Below, in pieces: positions 10,241-20,276 of a stretch of 64,000 bases of DNA (the stretch's first letter is position 1; every line of letters starts with the position of its first letter). The translations under genes and the position numbers were made by a program. The notes beneath the pieces are model-generated. The model made no database searches and was not told where the DNA came from. It saw nothing but the letters and a program-made list of their open reading frames with translations. This DNA comes from Dehalococcoidia bacterium (GTDB lineage Bacteria; Chloroflexota; Dehalococcoidia; Lucifugimonadales; G958296245), in assembly GCA_965262055.1 (NCBI GenBank), contig CBDHEI010000002.1:1796721-1860720 (forward strand). The letters are read 5' to 3'.

Positions 10241-11650
10241 ATGTCCAGTCAAATACAACCGAGGGGGATTGTCGAGGTTACCAAGGGGGGCGTGGACCTT
10301 CGAGTTCCGCCCAATACGCCCCGGGGGAGGACATGGCTCTACCAGTGCGCCGTCCCGTTCCAGGTGGCCGCGCGAGAGGCGGCCGTCGTCTGCAATGTCC
10401 GCGAGGGGCGTGTAAAGGGCGTAGACTTCGAGAACGGTACCGACGTCGTCCTAATCGGCGACATCGACAACGTATCCGTCCAAGGGGCGGTCCAGGTCAC
10501 GCGCAACCAAGAGGAGCCCAATCCCAACACGGACCCTCCGGGTCAGCCCGCCATCATGGTCAAGTACCCGACCTGCGCCGGATTTGTTCCGATGGGGGCG
10601 AAGCGGGCCGACGGCTCTCCTCATCCCCACGCGGGAACGGGGTTCGGAATGAGCTATGCCTTCGCGTGGCGGACGGAGTACGAGGGACCGCCTCCCTACG
10701 GCGTCAACATGTGGGGGCATGACCCGAAGACCAAGTCACAGGCCCCGACTGAGCAATACGGATACATAGAGCTCCATCAATTTGCCTACGACGGCGACAC
10801 CTTCCGCGTCGTAAGTACCGAGCGCGTATCCAGTAAAGACCTATTGGCAGGATGGGATATCTCCAACAGCGGGATGAGCAACGCTATCCCGGACGGTGAC
10901 GACCTACTTATCAGCATGGTGGGAGGGAAGGTTGGGGGCGCGACCGGCTCTGGCGTCATGCGCTGGAGACGCCAAGGAGAAGAGTGGCGCCCCGTGTCAT
11001 TTATGCCCGTGACCGGCGAAGACGGGGCTGTCGAGCCATCCCTTATCCGCGATATCGACGGCACACTGCTATTCGGCGCCAGGGGTAGCCGCGATCCACG
11101 CGACTGGAAAGCGGCCGGCGCCAACAACCCGGACTACGACATCCAGGTGTGGCGCTCCGACGGCGGCGGCCAGAGCTGGTCGAAGAGCATCCACGTCCGC
11201 GGCGCCATATCGACCGCGCCCATTGCGCTGAACCAGGCCGCCGACGGGACGCCTTACATCGCGGCCAACGTCTACGAGGTCTTTCTGCACCCCCTGGGTG
11301 CGACAAAGGTCATGTTGGATGCGGAAGGCAGGCACCTCGCCGGCGGCTGGACTCGTAAGACCCTGGTTATCTGGCCATTGAATGAGGAGCGTACGGGGCT
11401 TGAGACGCCCATAGTGGCCCGCGACTGCCGGGGCGAGTGGGGACCGCCGCCCGGCGGCACGACGTGGAGGATAGACCATCCATCGGCAATGACCGTGCGG
11501 CTTGCCGACGGCCGGTGGCACAACGTGATGGCTGTCCGGGTGCTGGAGTATGGTGAGCTGACCCACGCAATGGACCCGACACCGCGCACCGGCACCTACC
11601 TGGAGGAGGTTATCTCAGCGGGGCAGCCCATCCCGATCTGGAATTTTTGA
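10241..11650 (+). CDS. Hypothetical protein, possible sialidase-like beta-propeller
   Basis: 469-aa ORF with SD; EPSL motif and Asp-box-like RSDGGGQSW. Confidence 0.6.
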   Translation: MSSQIQPRGIVEVTKGGVDLRVPPNTPRGRTWLYQCAVPFQVAAREAAVVCNVREGRVKGVDFENGTDVVLIGDIDNVSVQGAVQVTRNQEEPNPNTDPPGQPAIMVKYPTCAGFVPMGAKRADGSPHPHAGTGFGMSYAFAWRTEYEGPPPYGVNMWGHDPKTKSQAPTEQYGYIELHQFAYDGDTFRVVSTERVSSKDLLAGWDISNSGMSNAIPDGDDLLISMVGGKVGGATGSGVMRWRRQGEEWRPVSFMPVTGEDGAVEPSLIRDIDGTLLFGARGSRDPRDWKAAGANNPDYDIQVWRSDGGGQSWSKSIHVRGAISTAPIALNQAADGTPYIAANVYEVFLHPLGATKVMLDAEGRHLAGGWTRKTLVIWPLNEERTGLETPIVARDCRGEWGPPPGGTTWRIDHPSAMTVRLADGRWHNVMAVRVLEYGELTHAMDPTPRTGTYLEEVISAGQPIPIWNF

Positions 11651-11700
11651 CCGGCCGGATTCCCTGAAATCTATCCGGCTCCGTTGATTTCTTCCCTGAC

Positions 11701-11759
11701 GGAGAGTCCAGGGAGGGCGAAGCCCTCTCTGGTGGGGGGGCTGGGGGAACCCCCAGAAA
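11701..11759 (+). repeat. Double-hairpin interspersed repeat, copy 1
   Basis: GAGGGCGAAGCCCTC and CTGGGGGAACCCCCAG hairpins; similar to the reverse complement of 58951-59006. Confidence 0.6.
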
Positions 11760-11899
11760 CAACCCTTGGGCGGGTGGCTTCGGCGTGAGCTCAGCCGAAC
11801 GGTAGACACCCCAACGTGCCGAACCTATGCTCGACCCGTACCCGCGCGGGTAATACCATGACTCGTGTGGAGTTGAGCGATCATGAGAGGGGAGCGGTC

Positions 11900-12889
11900 A
11901 TGTACCTGGGAACGCAGTTTGGAGCGCTCGACGAGACGGAGCTAAGGCAGCTTGCGCAGCTGGGTGTGGAGCACGTCGACGTAACACCCGAAGAGCATTG
12001 GACTGAGTGGACGGTCGACCTTCTTGCGTCGATCCGGGAGAGGTATGCGAAACAGGGGATTACCGTGGAGTCCATGCACTCTCCCCTCAGCTCCAGGGAT
12101 GCGTTCCACAACGGCATGCCTCATGTGTTCCTGGGTCCCAGCGACGAGAGGGAGCGGGAGCTGGACGGCTTCTGCGAAATCATCCGCATGACATCGGAGG
12201 CGGGCCTGAGGGCACTCCTCTACAACATCACCATCCTGGGGCACCTGCGAACAGGGCCGCGGTACGGCCGAGGCGGCGCAACGGTGTCGTCCTTCAACTA
12301 CGCCGACCTCGACCAGTCTTTGCCGGAGTTCGAGGGCGGCGCGGCGGACGCGGAGACGATGTGGGAGCGGATCGACTACTTCCTGGCCCGCGTCGTTCCA
12401 GTGGCGAACGAGTATGGGGTTCAGCTTGCGTGCCACCCGCAGGACCCCGGCATCAAGGACTACGAGTACCGGGGTGTGGCGCGGGTGATGGGTACGGTCG
12501 ACGGACTCAAGAAGTTCACCAACATGCACGAGAGTCCCTACCACGGCCTCAACTTCTGCCAGGGCACCGTCTCGGAGATGCTCGAACGGCCGGGTGAGGA
12601 AATCTACGACGTGATCCGCTACTTTGGAAGCCGCAAGAAGATCTTCAACGTGCACTTCCGCAACATCAAGGGCGGGGTGCTGGACTTTGTGGAGGTCTTT
12701 CCAGACGAGGGCGACGTGGACATGCTACGGGCCGTTCGCACCTATAAGGAGGTCGACTACCCATACATGCTCATGCCCGACCATGTTCCTGGTATCGACG
12801 GCGATGAGGCGCACCAGGTGGGGTTCGCATACTGCTACGGGTACATCCACGCCATGATCCAGGCGGCGAATGAAGTGACGACGAACTGA
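11900..12889 (+). CDS. uxuA: Mannonate dehydratase (UxuA) family protein
   Basis: FLARVVPVA, LACHPQDP, GLNFCQGT, VHFRN, DEGDVDM, PDHVP motifs. Confidence 0.8.
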   Translation: MYLGTQFGALDETELRQLAQLGVEHVDVTPEEHWTEWTVDLLASIRERYAKQGITVESMHSPLSSRDAFHNGMPHVFLGPSDERERELDGFCEIIRMTSEAGLRALLYNITILGHLRTGPRYGRGGATVSSFNYADLDQSLPEFEGGAADAETMWERIDYFLARVVPVANEYGVQLACHPQDPGIKDYEYRGVARVMGTVDGLKKFTNMHESPYHGLNFCQGTVSEMLERPGEEIYDVIRYFGSRKKIFNVHFRNIKGGVLDFVEVFPDEGDVDMLRAVRTYKEVDYPYMLMPDHVPGIDGDEAHQVGFAYCYGYIHAMIQAANEVTTN

Positions 12890-13085
12890 CGGGCGCTGCG
12901 AACGGCAATGGTCAATGGCCCGGGATCGAGCCATGTTTTCGCCGTGCGGAGTAGCGGTTCCAGCGCGCCGAGCGCCGCATCCTCCTCACCATGTGCGGCG
13001 CTCTAGCTTGACCCTTCGGTACTTGTTCTCGGTGTGGTGTGTCAGGCGCCGGGCTTTGCTCAGCCCCGCAAGCCCCCTTGGAGGG

Positions 13086-16000
13086 CTATTCTTCTTCCTC
13101 CGGGAGCAGCACCACCTTCACGTAGCGGTCTTCAGTGAGGTAGCGCCGCGCCGCGTCCGCCACCTGCTCCAGGGTCAACGCCTCCAACCACTCGTCGAAG
13201 CCAAATATCTCCTCGAACGGCTTGCCCCGTTGCATCGCGGCCCTGATCTGATTCAGCCAGAAGCCGTTGTCCCGTAGCTGCTCCTCTCGCGGAGTACTCA
13301 GAAGCTCCTTCACCGTGTCCAGGTACTTCTGCTCACCCCCTTCGCGCAGCCAATCCAGTTCCTTCAACACCTCCCCAAAGAGCTCTTCCGCACGGGCAGG
13401 GTCACTGCCGAAGATGATGGAGACCTGGTACTCGGGGTCCGGCAGGAACCTGGCTCTCGCATTCACACCGATGCTATACGTTCCGCCGAGCTGCTCCCGC
13501 ACTCGCTCGCGCAGCCGGATCTGGAGCATCTCGCCTACCGCCCCAAGCGTCAGCGCCTCCTGGCCGCTCCACTCCATGTCGCCGGCGTACACCAAGATCG
13601 TGGTGCTGCGCGGTTCGATGCCGATGCGGACGACGTGGTCCTCCAGTCCCGCCGGTGGGTCGATCCCTACGTCACGCCACTGCTCGGCGCGCCCGCCGGT
13701 CGGCAGGCTGGCCAGATATGTCGCGGTCAGCGACCGCAGATCTTCCCAGTCGAAGGCGCCCACGAAGACGAACGTCGCGTCCCCCAGGTCCGCGAACCGG
13801 TCGGCGTACACCGCTTCCGCGCGCTCAAGGCTCAACTCCTCCAGCAGCTCGAGGCTCAGGGTCCGACGGCGGAAGTGGCTCTGTGCTAGCACGGTGTTAG
13901 CGGTGTCGTAGAGGACTGCGTCCGGCTGGGACGCGCGAGTCTCAGCCAGGCTGCGCCGGCTCGACTCGTACCGCTCGAAGTATGCAGGGTCCAGCCTAGG
14001 CGCGGTTGCGTAAAGTGTAATCAGCTGGAACAGGGTCTCCAGGTCGTCGGGGGAGGCGTTGCCTCTGAAGCCCTCGAAAAGCTCATCTATATAGGGGGAC
14101 ACCGAGACTCTCTTGCCCGCCAGCAGCTTGTCCAGCGTCACGCTGTCGTGCAGGCCGGCGCCGCTGCCGTCAACCAGCGTGGCTGCGTACTGAGCGGACA
14201 CATGGTCCGCGTCGGCAACCAGCGAGTGGCCTCCAGGGCTGTGGGCGCTGAACCTCACCTCGTCATTGCGGAAGTCCGTCTGCTTGGCGATTACGGTAAT
14301 GCCGTTGGACAGTGTCCAGCGTATCGCGTCGATAGACTCGATCCGCTCTTCCCCGGTGATGCTCCCCGGAGTCGGCAGCGTCGCCAGCAGCGGGACATCG
14401 TCGAAGTCCTCTACGTAGGGCTCAACCTCCAGCGTGTCGGCCGACTCTAGCTGTGTCTGCAGCGCCGTGGCAAGTTCACCGTCTGCATCGGCGTCAGGCT
14501 CTCCGGGCCGAAACACCAGCAGCACAGTGTTCGCAAGCTCGGTCCAGGAGGCCGCTATCTCATCGATCTCCGACAACGAGATCTGAGGCAGCAGCTCTTG
14601 GTACAGCTCCCACTCAGCCTCGATGCCTGGGGACGGGGTCTCGTCCAGGAAGTGGTCCACGTACTCCTGGACCAGATCGGGCGACTCCCGCTGGTCGCGC
14701 TCCTTGTACACGCTTTCCACTGAGCTCAGGAGGGTAACCTTCTCGCGGGCCAGCTCGCCGTCGGTGAAGCCATGCTGCCGGGCACGCTGCATCTCCTCCA
14801 GCACAGCCTCGAAACCTCGCTCGACGCCGCCCTGCTGCACCCATGCCGAGAAGCCCAGGATGTCCGCCGGCCCCACAAACCCGAAGCGATCGCCTCCGGC
14901 CCACAGGTAGGGAGCATCGGCGACCTGGGCCCGCTCGAACAGGCGCGCGTTCAACATCATGAACGCAAGGCTCTCCGCCACGAAGCGCCGGAATCCCGCA
15001 AGGTCTTGGCCGATGCCGGCCGGGACCTTGCGGTACAGGCTCACCTGGGTGCCGGGCGCCTCGGGATCGGTGAACACCACCACGCGCGGCTCGTCGTGGT
15101 AGGGAATGTCGAAGAGCGGCCGGTCGGTGGAAGGCGCCACGGCGGCGCGCTCCTGCAAAGCCTCGCCCTCGGGAGGCGGCGCAAAGTGTTGCTTCACCTT
15201 GGCCTCGATCTCCTCGGTATCGAAGTCGCCAACGGCGACCACCGCCATCAGGTCGGGCCTGTACCAGCTCTCGTAGAAGTCCCTGAGGCGCTCCACGGGC
15301 GCGGTCTCGATCACCTCGGTCAGGCCGATGGGGCTCCGGTCGCTGTAGCGCGAGGAGCCAAAGATCGCCGGGAACAGCTGGGCATCGAGGCGTGAGTCGG
15401 ACCCCTGTCCCAGGCGCCACTCCTCAAGGATCACGCCACGCTCCAGCTCCACCTCCTCGGGCGCGAAGCTAACTGCGTATGCCCAGTCACTGAGTATCTG
15501 GAACGCGGTTTTCAAGATGTCGGGATCGTCGGTCGGGAACTCCAGCCAGTACAGGGTGTAGTCGTAGCTGGTCCCGGCGTTCACGTGGGCTCCAAGGGTG
15601 CTGCCTATCGACTCGAGGTATTCGATTATCTGCTGTTTTTCGAAGCGCTCGGTGCCATTGAACGCCATGTGCTCGACGAAGTGCGCCAGCCCGCGCTGGT
15701 CTTCCTCTTCGAGCGCCGAGCCGACCTTCAATACCAGCGACAACTGGGCCCGGTTGCGCGGTTCCTCGTTATGCCTGACGTAGTAGGCCATGCCATTGGG
15801 AAGAGTGCCGCGGACCACCGAGGGATCGAAGGCGAGGGCAGCGTCGGGCGTAGATACCGGCGCGGCGGTGGCCGTGGGAGTTGGAGTGGGCGTGGGTGTA
15901 GCCGTGGGAGATGGAGTAGGTGTGGGCGTGGGTGTAGCCGTAGGTGCTGGAGTAGGCGTGGGCGTGGGTGTAGCCGTGGGAGTTGGAGTGAGCGTGGGTG

Positions 16001-16320
16001 TAGCCCGTGGGAGATGGAGTAGGTGTGGGCGTGGCGGTAGCCGTGGGAGATGGAGTAGGCGTGGCTGTGGCTGTAGCTGTAGCCGTGGGAGTTGGAGTAG
16101 GAGTAGGAGTGAGCGTGGGCGTAGCCGTGGGAGATGGAGTAGGCGTGGCTGTAGCTGTAGCCGTGGGAGTTGGAATGGGCGTGGGCGTGTCTACAACAGG
16201 GGTGGCGGTGGCTGTGGGTGTTGGAGTTGCAGTGGGCGAAGGTCCGAAATCGCACCCTGCAACTGCCACCGCAAACAGTGCTATGCAAACAACGACTACC
16301 GACTTCAGCTTTGCGCTCAT
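13086..16320 (-). pseudogene. M16 zinc protease (PqqL-like) lipoprotein with a +1 frameshift in its Pro/Thr linker
   Basis: HFVEH (HXXEH) motif and two M16 halves in 13086-15818; signal peptide/lipobox VAGC in another frame at 16320; extra C at 16004-16006. Confidence 0.85.
15868..16240 (-). repeat. Pro/Thr/Ala (TPTPTAT) tandem repeat linker
   Basis: Repeated GTAGCCGTGGGAG.TGGAGT units. Confidence 0.85.
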
Positions 16321-16398
16321 CTATCTCGTCTCCCAGTGGTCCAGTACGAACCTTAAGTTCTCGATTTATCCATCCTGGTGGGCTGCAGAAGCAGGCTA

Positions 16399-17328
16399 TT
16401 AGTCTTGAAACGGGCGGCCTGGCTCTACTACCAACTCTTCGCCGTGGGTGGAGTCCCGCACGTCTATGGTCGTCCCGCGCAGTTTCGCCGGAAGAGGGGC
16501 CTGCACAAGCAGTACCGAGTCTGCTCCGACCGAGACTATGTCGTCGCCTTCCCTTGGGATGTCGAGCCCAAGCACAATATCGCCAGTCTCGGCGGGAATG
16601 AACCGCAGGAGCTGGCCGGGGCCGGGGCTCATGCGGTACAGCACTCTCCTGAGGTAGACGGTCGCCCTGTCCGTAATCGTCAGCGTATCGAAGGCAGGGC
16701 CTTCGGCCACATCGACGGGGTCGGTTGCCTCATCGCGCGAAGTGATGGCTGCCCTATCCCCCTGTCCATCCGTGCGCTCGGCCTCCGCCGTCGGTCCGGA
16801 TGCCTCTACGGGTGTGGCCAAGCCTCTCCGGCGGACCGCGCGACTGACATTCTGGTCCATGTCCATCACATGGCGTTCCAGTGCCTCGATCTCGGAGCCA
16901 AGCGACCTGATACGGTCTGCGGTGGACCTGAGCGCCGTCTCGCCGCGCCGCACCTCGGCAGCCCTGCGGTCCATCTCGGCCTCCATGCTGGTCAGTCTGC
17001 TCCCGAGTCTGGACGCCTCGGCGTCGAGCCTGAAGCGCGACTGTTCGGGCTCCGTCTGACCGGGCTGGTCGAGCTTGCGCTGGGACCATCTCCGCGCCTC
17101 CTCGGCCTGGCGGCGCGCCTCCTCCTCCCTTCGGCGTACATCGGCCTCCGTGGACCGGACCTGCGAAACGTGCTTGGTGGAGCGCTCCAGCGCGCTGCGC
17201 AGGCGGTTGTGGCGCCTTCTTTCCTCAGCAAGGGCTTCGCGGGCCTCTTCCAGGTCCCGCTTTGCCCGGGCCAGTCTGTCCGAGGCTTCCCGGACCTCCT
17301 CGTTCGAGCCTGAGAGCGCCGCCGCCAT
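16399..17328 (-). CDS. Hypothetical protein: coiled-coil plus HesB-like C-terminal domain
   Basis: R/E/A-rich heptad region followed by LTITDRA...LLRF...LGLD...GTTID. Confidence 0.55.
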   Translation of the reverse strand: MAAALSGSNEEVREASDRLARAKRDLEEAREALAEERRRHNRLRSALERSTKHVSQVRSTEADVRRREEEARRQAEEARRWSQRKLDQPGQTEPEQSRFRLDAEASRLGSRLTSMEAEMDRRAAEVRRGETALRSTADRIRSLGSEIEALERHVMDMDQNVSRAVRRRGLATPVEASGPTAEAERTDGQGDRAAITSRDEATDPVDVAEGPAFDTLTITDRATVYLRRVLYRMSPGPGQLLRFIPAETGDIVLGLDIPREGDDIVSVGADSVLLVQAPLPAKLRGTTIDVRDSTHGEELVVEPGRPFQD

Positions 17329-17333
17329 TGCGC

Positions 17334-18008
17334 TCAGTGCCCCGTCGCCTCGGTCCTGATCCGGGCGATGGCGTCCGCAACCGGCGCAGGGCCTCCATAG
17401 ACGGCGCTCCCCGCAACGAGCACGTCGGCGCCAGCTTCGACCACCGCGCGGGCGGTGCCGGGCGCGATGCCCCCGTCCACCTCCAGCTCGGCGTCCAAGC
17501 CCAGATCGTCGAGCATGGCCCTCACTCGGCGGACCTTGTCGATGGCGCTGACGATAAACTTCTGCCCTCCCAACCCGGGGTTGACGCTCATGACGAGCAC
17601 GAGGTCCACGTCTTTGACAATCTCCTCGATGGCAGAGACCGGCGTTGCCGGATTGATCGCGACCCCGGGCCTGGCGCCGGCCTCCCGGACCATCTGCACG
17701 ACGCGGTGGATGTGGGCGCTCGACTCAGCGTGTACCGTCATCATGTCGGCGCCGGCCTGCGCCATCTCCTCCACGTACCGCTCGGGTGGCGTGACCATCA
17801 TGTGCACGTCGAGGGGAAGGGACGTCCAGCGGCGGATGGCCTGCACCATGGCCGGGCCGAAGGTGAGGGTAGGCACGAATCGGCCGTCCATCACGTCCAC
17901 GTGAATATAGTCCGCGCCGCCCTCGGCCGCTTCGGAGACCTGCTCTCCCATGCGGCTGAAGTCGGCGGCCAGTATCGACGGCGCGATCTTGACCGGCCGC
18001 TCAGTCAT
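17334..18008 (-). CDS. rpe: Ribulose-phosphate 3-epimerase
   Basis: IAPSILAADF, HVDVMDG, DVHMM, MSVNPG, VDGGI, VAGSA. Confidence 0.97.
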   Translation of the reverse strand: MTERPVKIAPSILAADFSRMGEQVSEAAEGGADYIHVDVMDGRFVPTLTFGPAMVQAIRRWTSLPLDVHMMVTPPERYVEEMAQAGADMMTVHAESSAHIHRVVQMVREAGARPGVAINPATPVSAIEEIVKDVDLVLVMSVNPGLGGQKFIVSAIDKVRRVRAMLDDLGLDAELEVDGGIAPGTARAVVEAGADVLVAGSAVYGGPAPVADAIARIRTEATGH

Positions 18009-19347
18009 CGGCTTCCGCCCTCAGCGTCCGCTCCGCCGCCTGTAGGGCTAGCTTCACCCGGCCCGGCGCTGTGCCCCCGGGAACGTCACGCGCCTCTATG
18101 GACGAGTCGACGGTTATGTCGAGCACGTCGGGTGCGAACAGGCCGGAGAAGAGCCGGTACTCCTCCAGCTCCAGGTCCGGGAGCGTCCTGTCGCCATCCG
18201 ACGCGTAGCTGGACAGCCGGGCTGACACCCCGTGGGCTTCTCTGAAAGGCATCCCCTTCGCCACAAGGTAGTCCGCGATGTCCGTCGCCAGGACGTGGCT
18301 TCCCTCGGCAACGCGGCGCATCCTCGAGGCGTCCAGCTCCAGGGACGCGTACATGCCCCTCATGACCCGTAGGGTGCCTAGGAGGGTGTCCAGGCTGTCG
18401 AAGAACCCCTCCTTGTCCTCCTGGAGGTCGCGGTTGTAGGTGAGCGGCAGACCCTTCAGGACCGTCAGCAGGGACACCAGGTTGCCGATGACGCGTCCGG
18501 TCTTGCCCCGCGCCAGCTCCGCAAAGTCGGGGTTCCGCTTCTGGGGCATCATGCTGCTGCCGGTCGTGTACTCGTCCGACAGCCGCGCGAACCCGAACTC
18601 CTCCGAAGACCATATGACCAGCTCTTCGCCCATGCGCGACATGTGGACCGCGCACGCGGCAGCGGCCGAGTGGAAGTCGAGCAGGAAGTCGCGGTCTGAG
18701 ACGGCGTCCATGCTGTTGGCGCTTACCGACCCAAAGCCCAGCTCTTCGGCTACAGACTCGCGGTCGATGGGGTAGGGCACGCCGGCGAGCGCTCCACTGC
18801 CCAGAGGCATCACGTCGGCCCGCTGCCGCGCCTGCCGGAAGCGCTCCGCGTCCCGCCCCAGCATCTCGAAGTAGGCCAGCATGTGGTGGGCGAAGTAGAC
18901 GGGCTGAGCGCGCTGCAGGTGCGTATACCCCGGAATCACAGCCGAACCGTTGGCCCTGGCCCTGGCCACAAGCGTCCGCCGGAGGCCGTGTATCTCGGCC
19001 AGCACCTCGCCAATGGCGCCCTTCGCGTAGAGCCGCATGTCCGTCGCGACCTGGTCGTTCCGGGAGCGCGCCGTGTGCAGCCTGCCCGCGGCGGCGCCGA
19101 TCTTCTCGTGGAGGCGCCGCTCGATGTTCATGTGGATGTCTTCGAGCTCTTCGCGCCAGGGGAAGCTGCCGTCCTCGATCTCCGTCCGGACCTCCTTCAG
19201 GCCCGCCAGGATCGCGTCCCTGGCCTCGTCCGTGATGATCCCCTGGCGTGCAAGCATCCGGGCGTGCGCCATCGAGCCGGCTATGTCCTGCCTGTAGAGG
19301 CGCCGGTCATAGTGAATCGAGACCGTATAGCTTGATGCCGTGTCCAT
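18001..19347 (-). CDS. argH: Argininosuccinate lyase
   Basis: HTARSRNDQ, PGYTHLQRAQP, GSSMMPQKRNPD, YNRDLQEDK. Confidence 0.97.
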   Translation of the reverse strand: MDTASSYTVSIHYDRRLYRQDIAGSMAHARMLARQGIITDEARDAILAGLKEVRTEIEDGSFPWREELEDIHMNIERRLHEKIGAAAGRLHTARSRNDQVATDMRLYAKGAIGEVLAEIHGLRRTLVARARANGSAVIPGYTHLQRAQPVYFAHHMLAYFEMLGRDAERFRQARQRADVMPLGSGALAGVPYPIDRESVAEELGFGSVSANSMDAVSDRDFLLDFHSAAAACAVHMSRMGEELVIWSSEEFGFARLSDEYTTGSSMMPQKRNPDFAELARGKTGRVIGNLVSLLTVLKGLPLTYNRDLQEDKEGFFDSLDTLLGTLRVMRGMYASLELDASRMRRVAEGSHVLATDIADYLVAKGMPFREAHGVSARLSSYASDGDRTLPDLELEEYRLFSGLFAPDVLDITVDSSIEARDVPGGTAPGRVKLALQAAERTLRAEADD

Positions 19348-19350
19348 CGC

Positions 19351-19707
19351 CTACAGTAGCAGCATCTCTACGCGATTCAGCTTCCCAGACACTGGGTCGG
19401 CCTCGAACCCAAGGGACTCCAAGGCCGTCACTCCCATGATGGGCGGGTCGTCCTCGTCTCCGAATATCGCCCCCGCCGCACCGAGTTCACCATCGCAATG
19501 CATCGTCACGTTGCCGATGTCGCGCGTTACCTCTCCGCCGAACCCGCGGAACCGCTTGCTACCAATCCGGGGTATGCCCAGCCGCTCCAACAGGCTTGCG
19601 GGTAGAACGCTGAGCGTCGCCCCGGTGTCCACCAGCACCCTGATCTCCTCGCTGGTCTCCGGCGTCGATGGGTTCGACACACCAACGACGACGTATATGA
19701 ACCCCAT
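19351..19707 (-). CDS. Retroviral-like (clan AA) aspartyl protease
   Basis: LVDTGAT motif, IMGVTALE; SD GAGGAG upstream. Confidence 0.8.
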   Translation of the reverse strand: MGFIYVVVGVSNPSTPETSEEIRVLVDTGATLSVLPASLLERLGIPRIGSKRFRGFGGEVTRDIGNVTMHCDGELGAAGAIFGDEDDPPIMGVTALESLGFEADPVSGKLNRVEMLLL

Positions 19708-19708
19708 C

Positions 19709-20179
19709 CTAAGCTCCTCTCTTCGCCACCAGGAAGCGCCGCCTGAGCGTGAGCACCTTCTCGCCACGCTGGTTGATGCCCCTACTCTCCATGTATACGA
19801 CGCCCCGGTCCGGGCGGTTCCGCGACTGCCGCACCTCGAGGATTTCGCTCTCGGCATAGATCGTGTCCCCCTGGAACACGGGGCCGTCGTGCGTGATGCG
19901 CTCGTACTCGAGGTTTGCGACGGCCTTGCCCGACGTGTCCCGGACGCTCATCCCCACCACCAGGCTCAGGACCAGGGTGCCCACGACCAGCACCTGACCG
20001 TGCTGGTGCTCCTTCATGTAGTTCTCGTCGGTGTGGAGCGGGTTGTCGTTCCTGGTTAGCAGGGAGAACAGGTGGTTGTCGGCCTCGGTGATGGTCTTCC
20101 CCGGCCAGTGCTTGAACACCTGGCCCGCCTCGAAGTCATCCAGGTAGCCGCCAAAGCTATCTCTCGCGTCGTGGACCAT
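19709..20179 (-). CDS. MaoC-family dehydratase
   Basis: DDFEAGQ, TITEADN, NPLH, PVFQGDT hot-dog fold motifs. Confidence 0.88.
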   Translation of the reverse strand: MVHDARDSFGGYLDDFEAGQVFKHWPGKTITEADNHLFSLLTRNDNPLHTDENYMKEHQHGQVLVVGTLVLSLVVGMSVRDTSGKAVANLEYERITHDGPVFQGDTIYAESEILEVRQSRNRPDRGVVYMESRGINQRGEKVLTLRRRFLVAKRGA

Positions 20180-20276
20180 TTGCCTCTCCCGGCAGGCGCT
20201 GGCGCGCCCCTGAGAACATCCTACCATCCCGCGCACGGCATCCGGTAAGGCGCCGCGCTTCCAGGCAGGGTTACGG

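Noticed and set aside
11820..11833. CGAACCTATGCTCG, a LexA-like palindrome upstream of the uxuA-like gene
   Set aside because: One mismatch and no accompanying promoter layout; could be chance.
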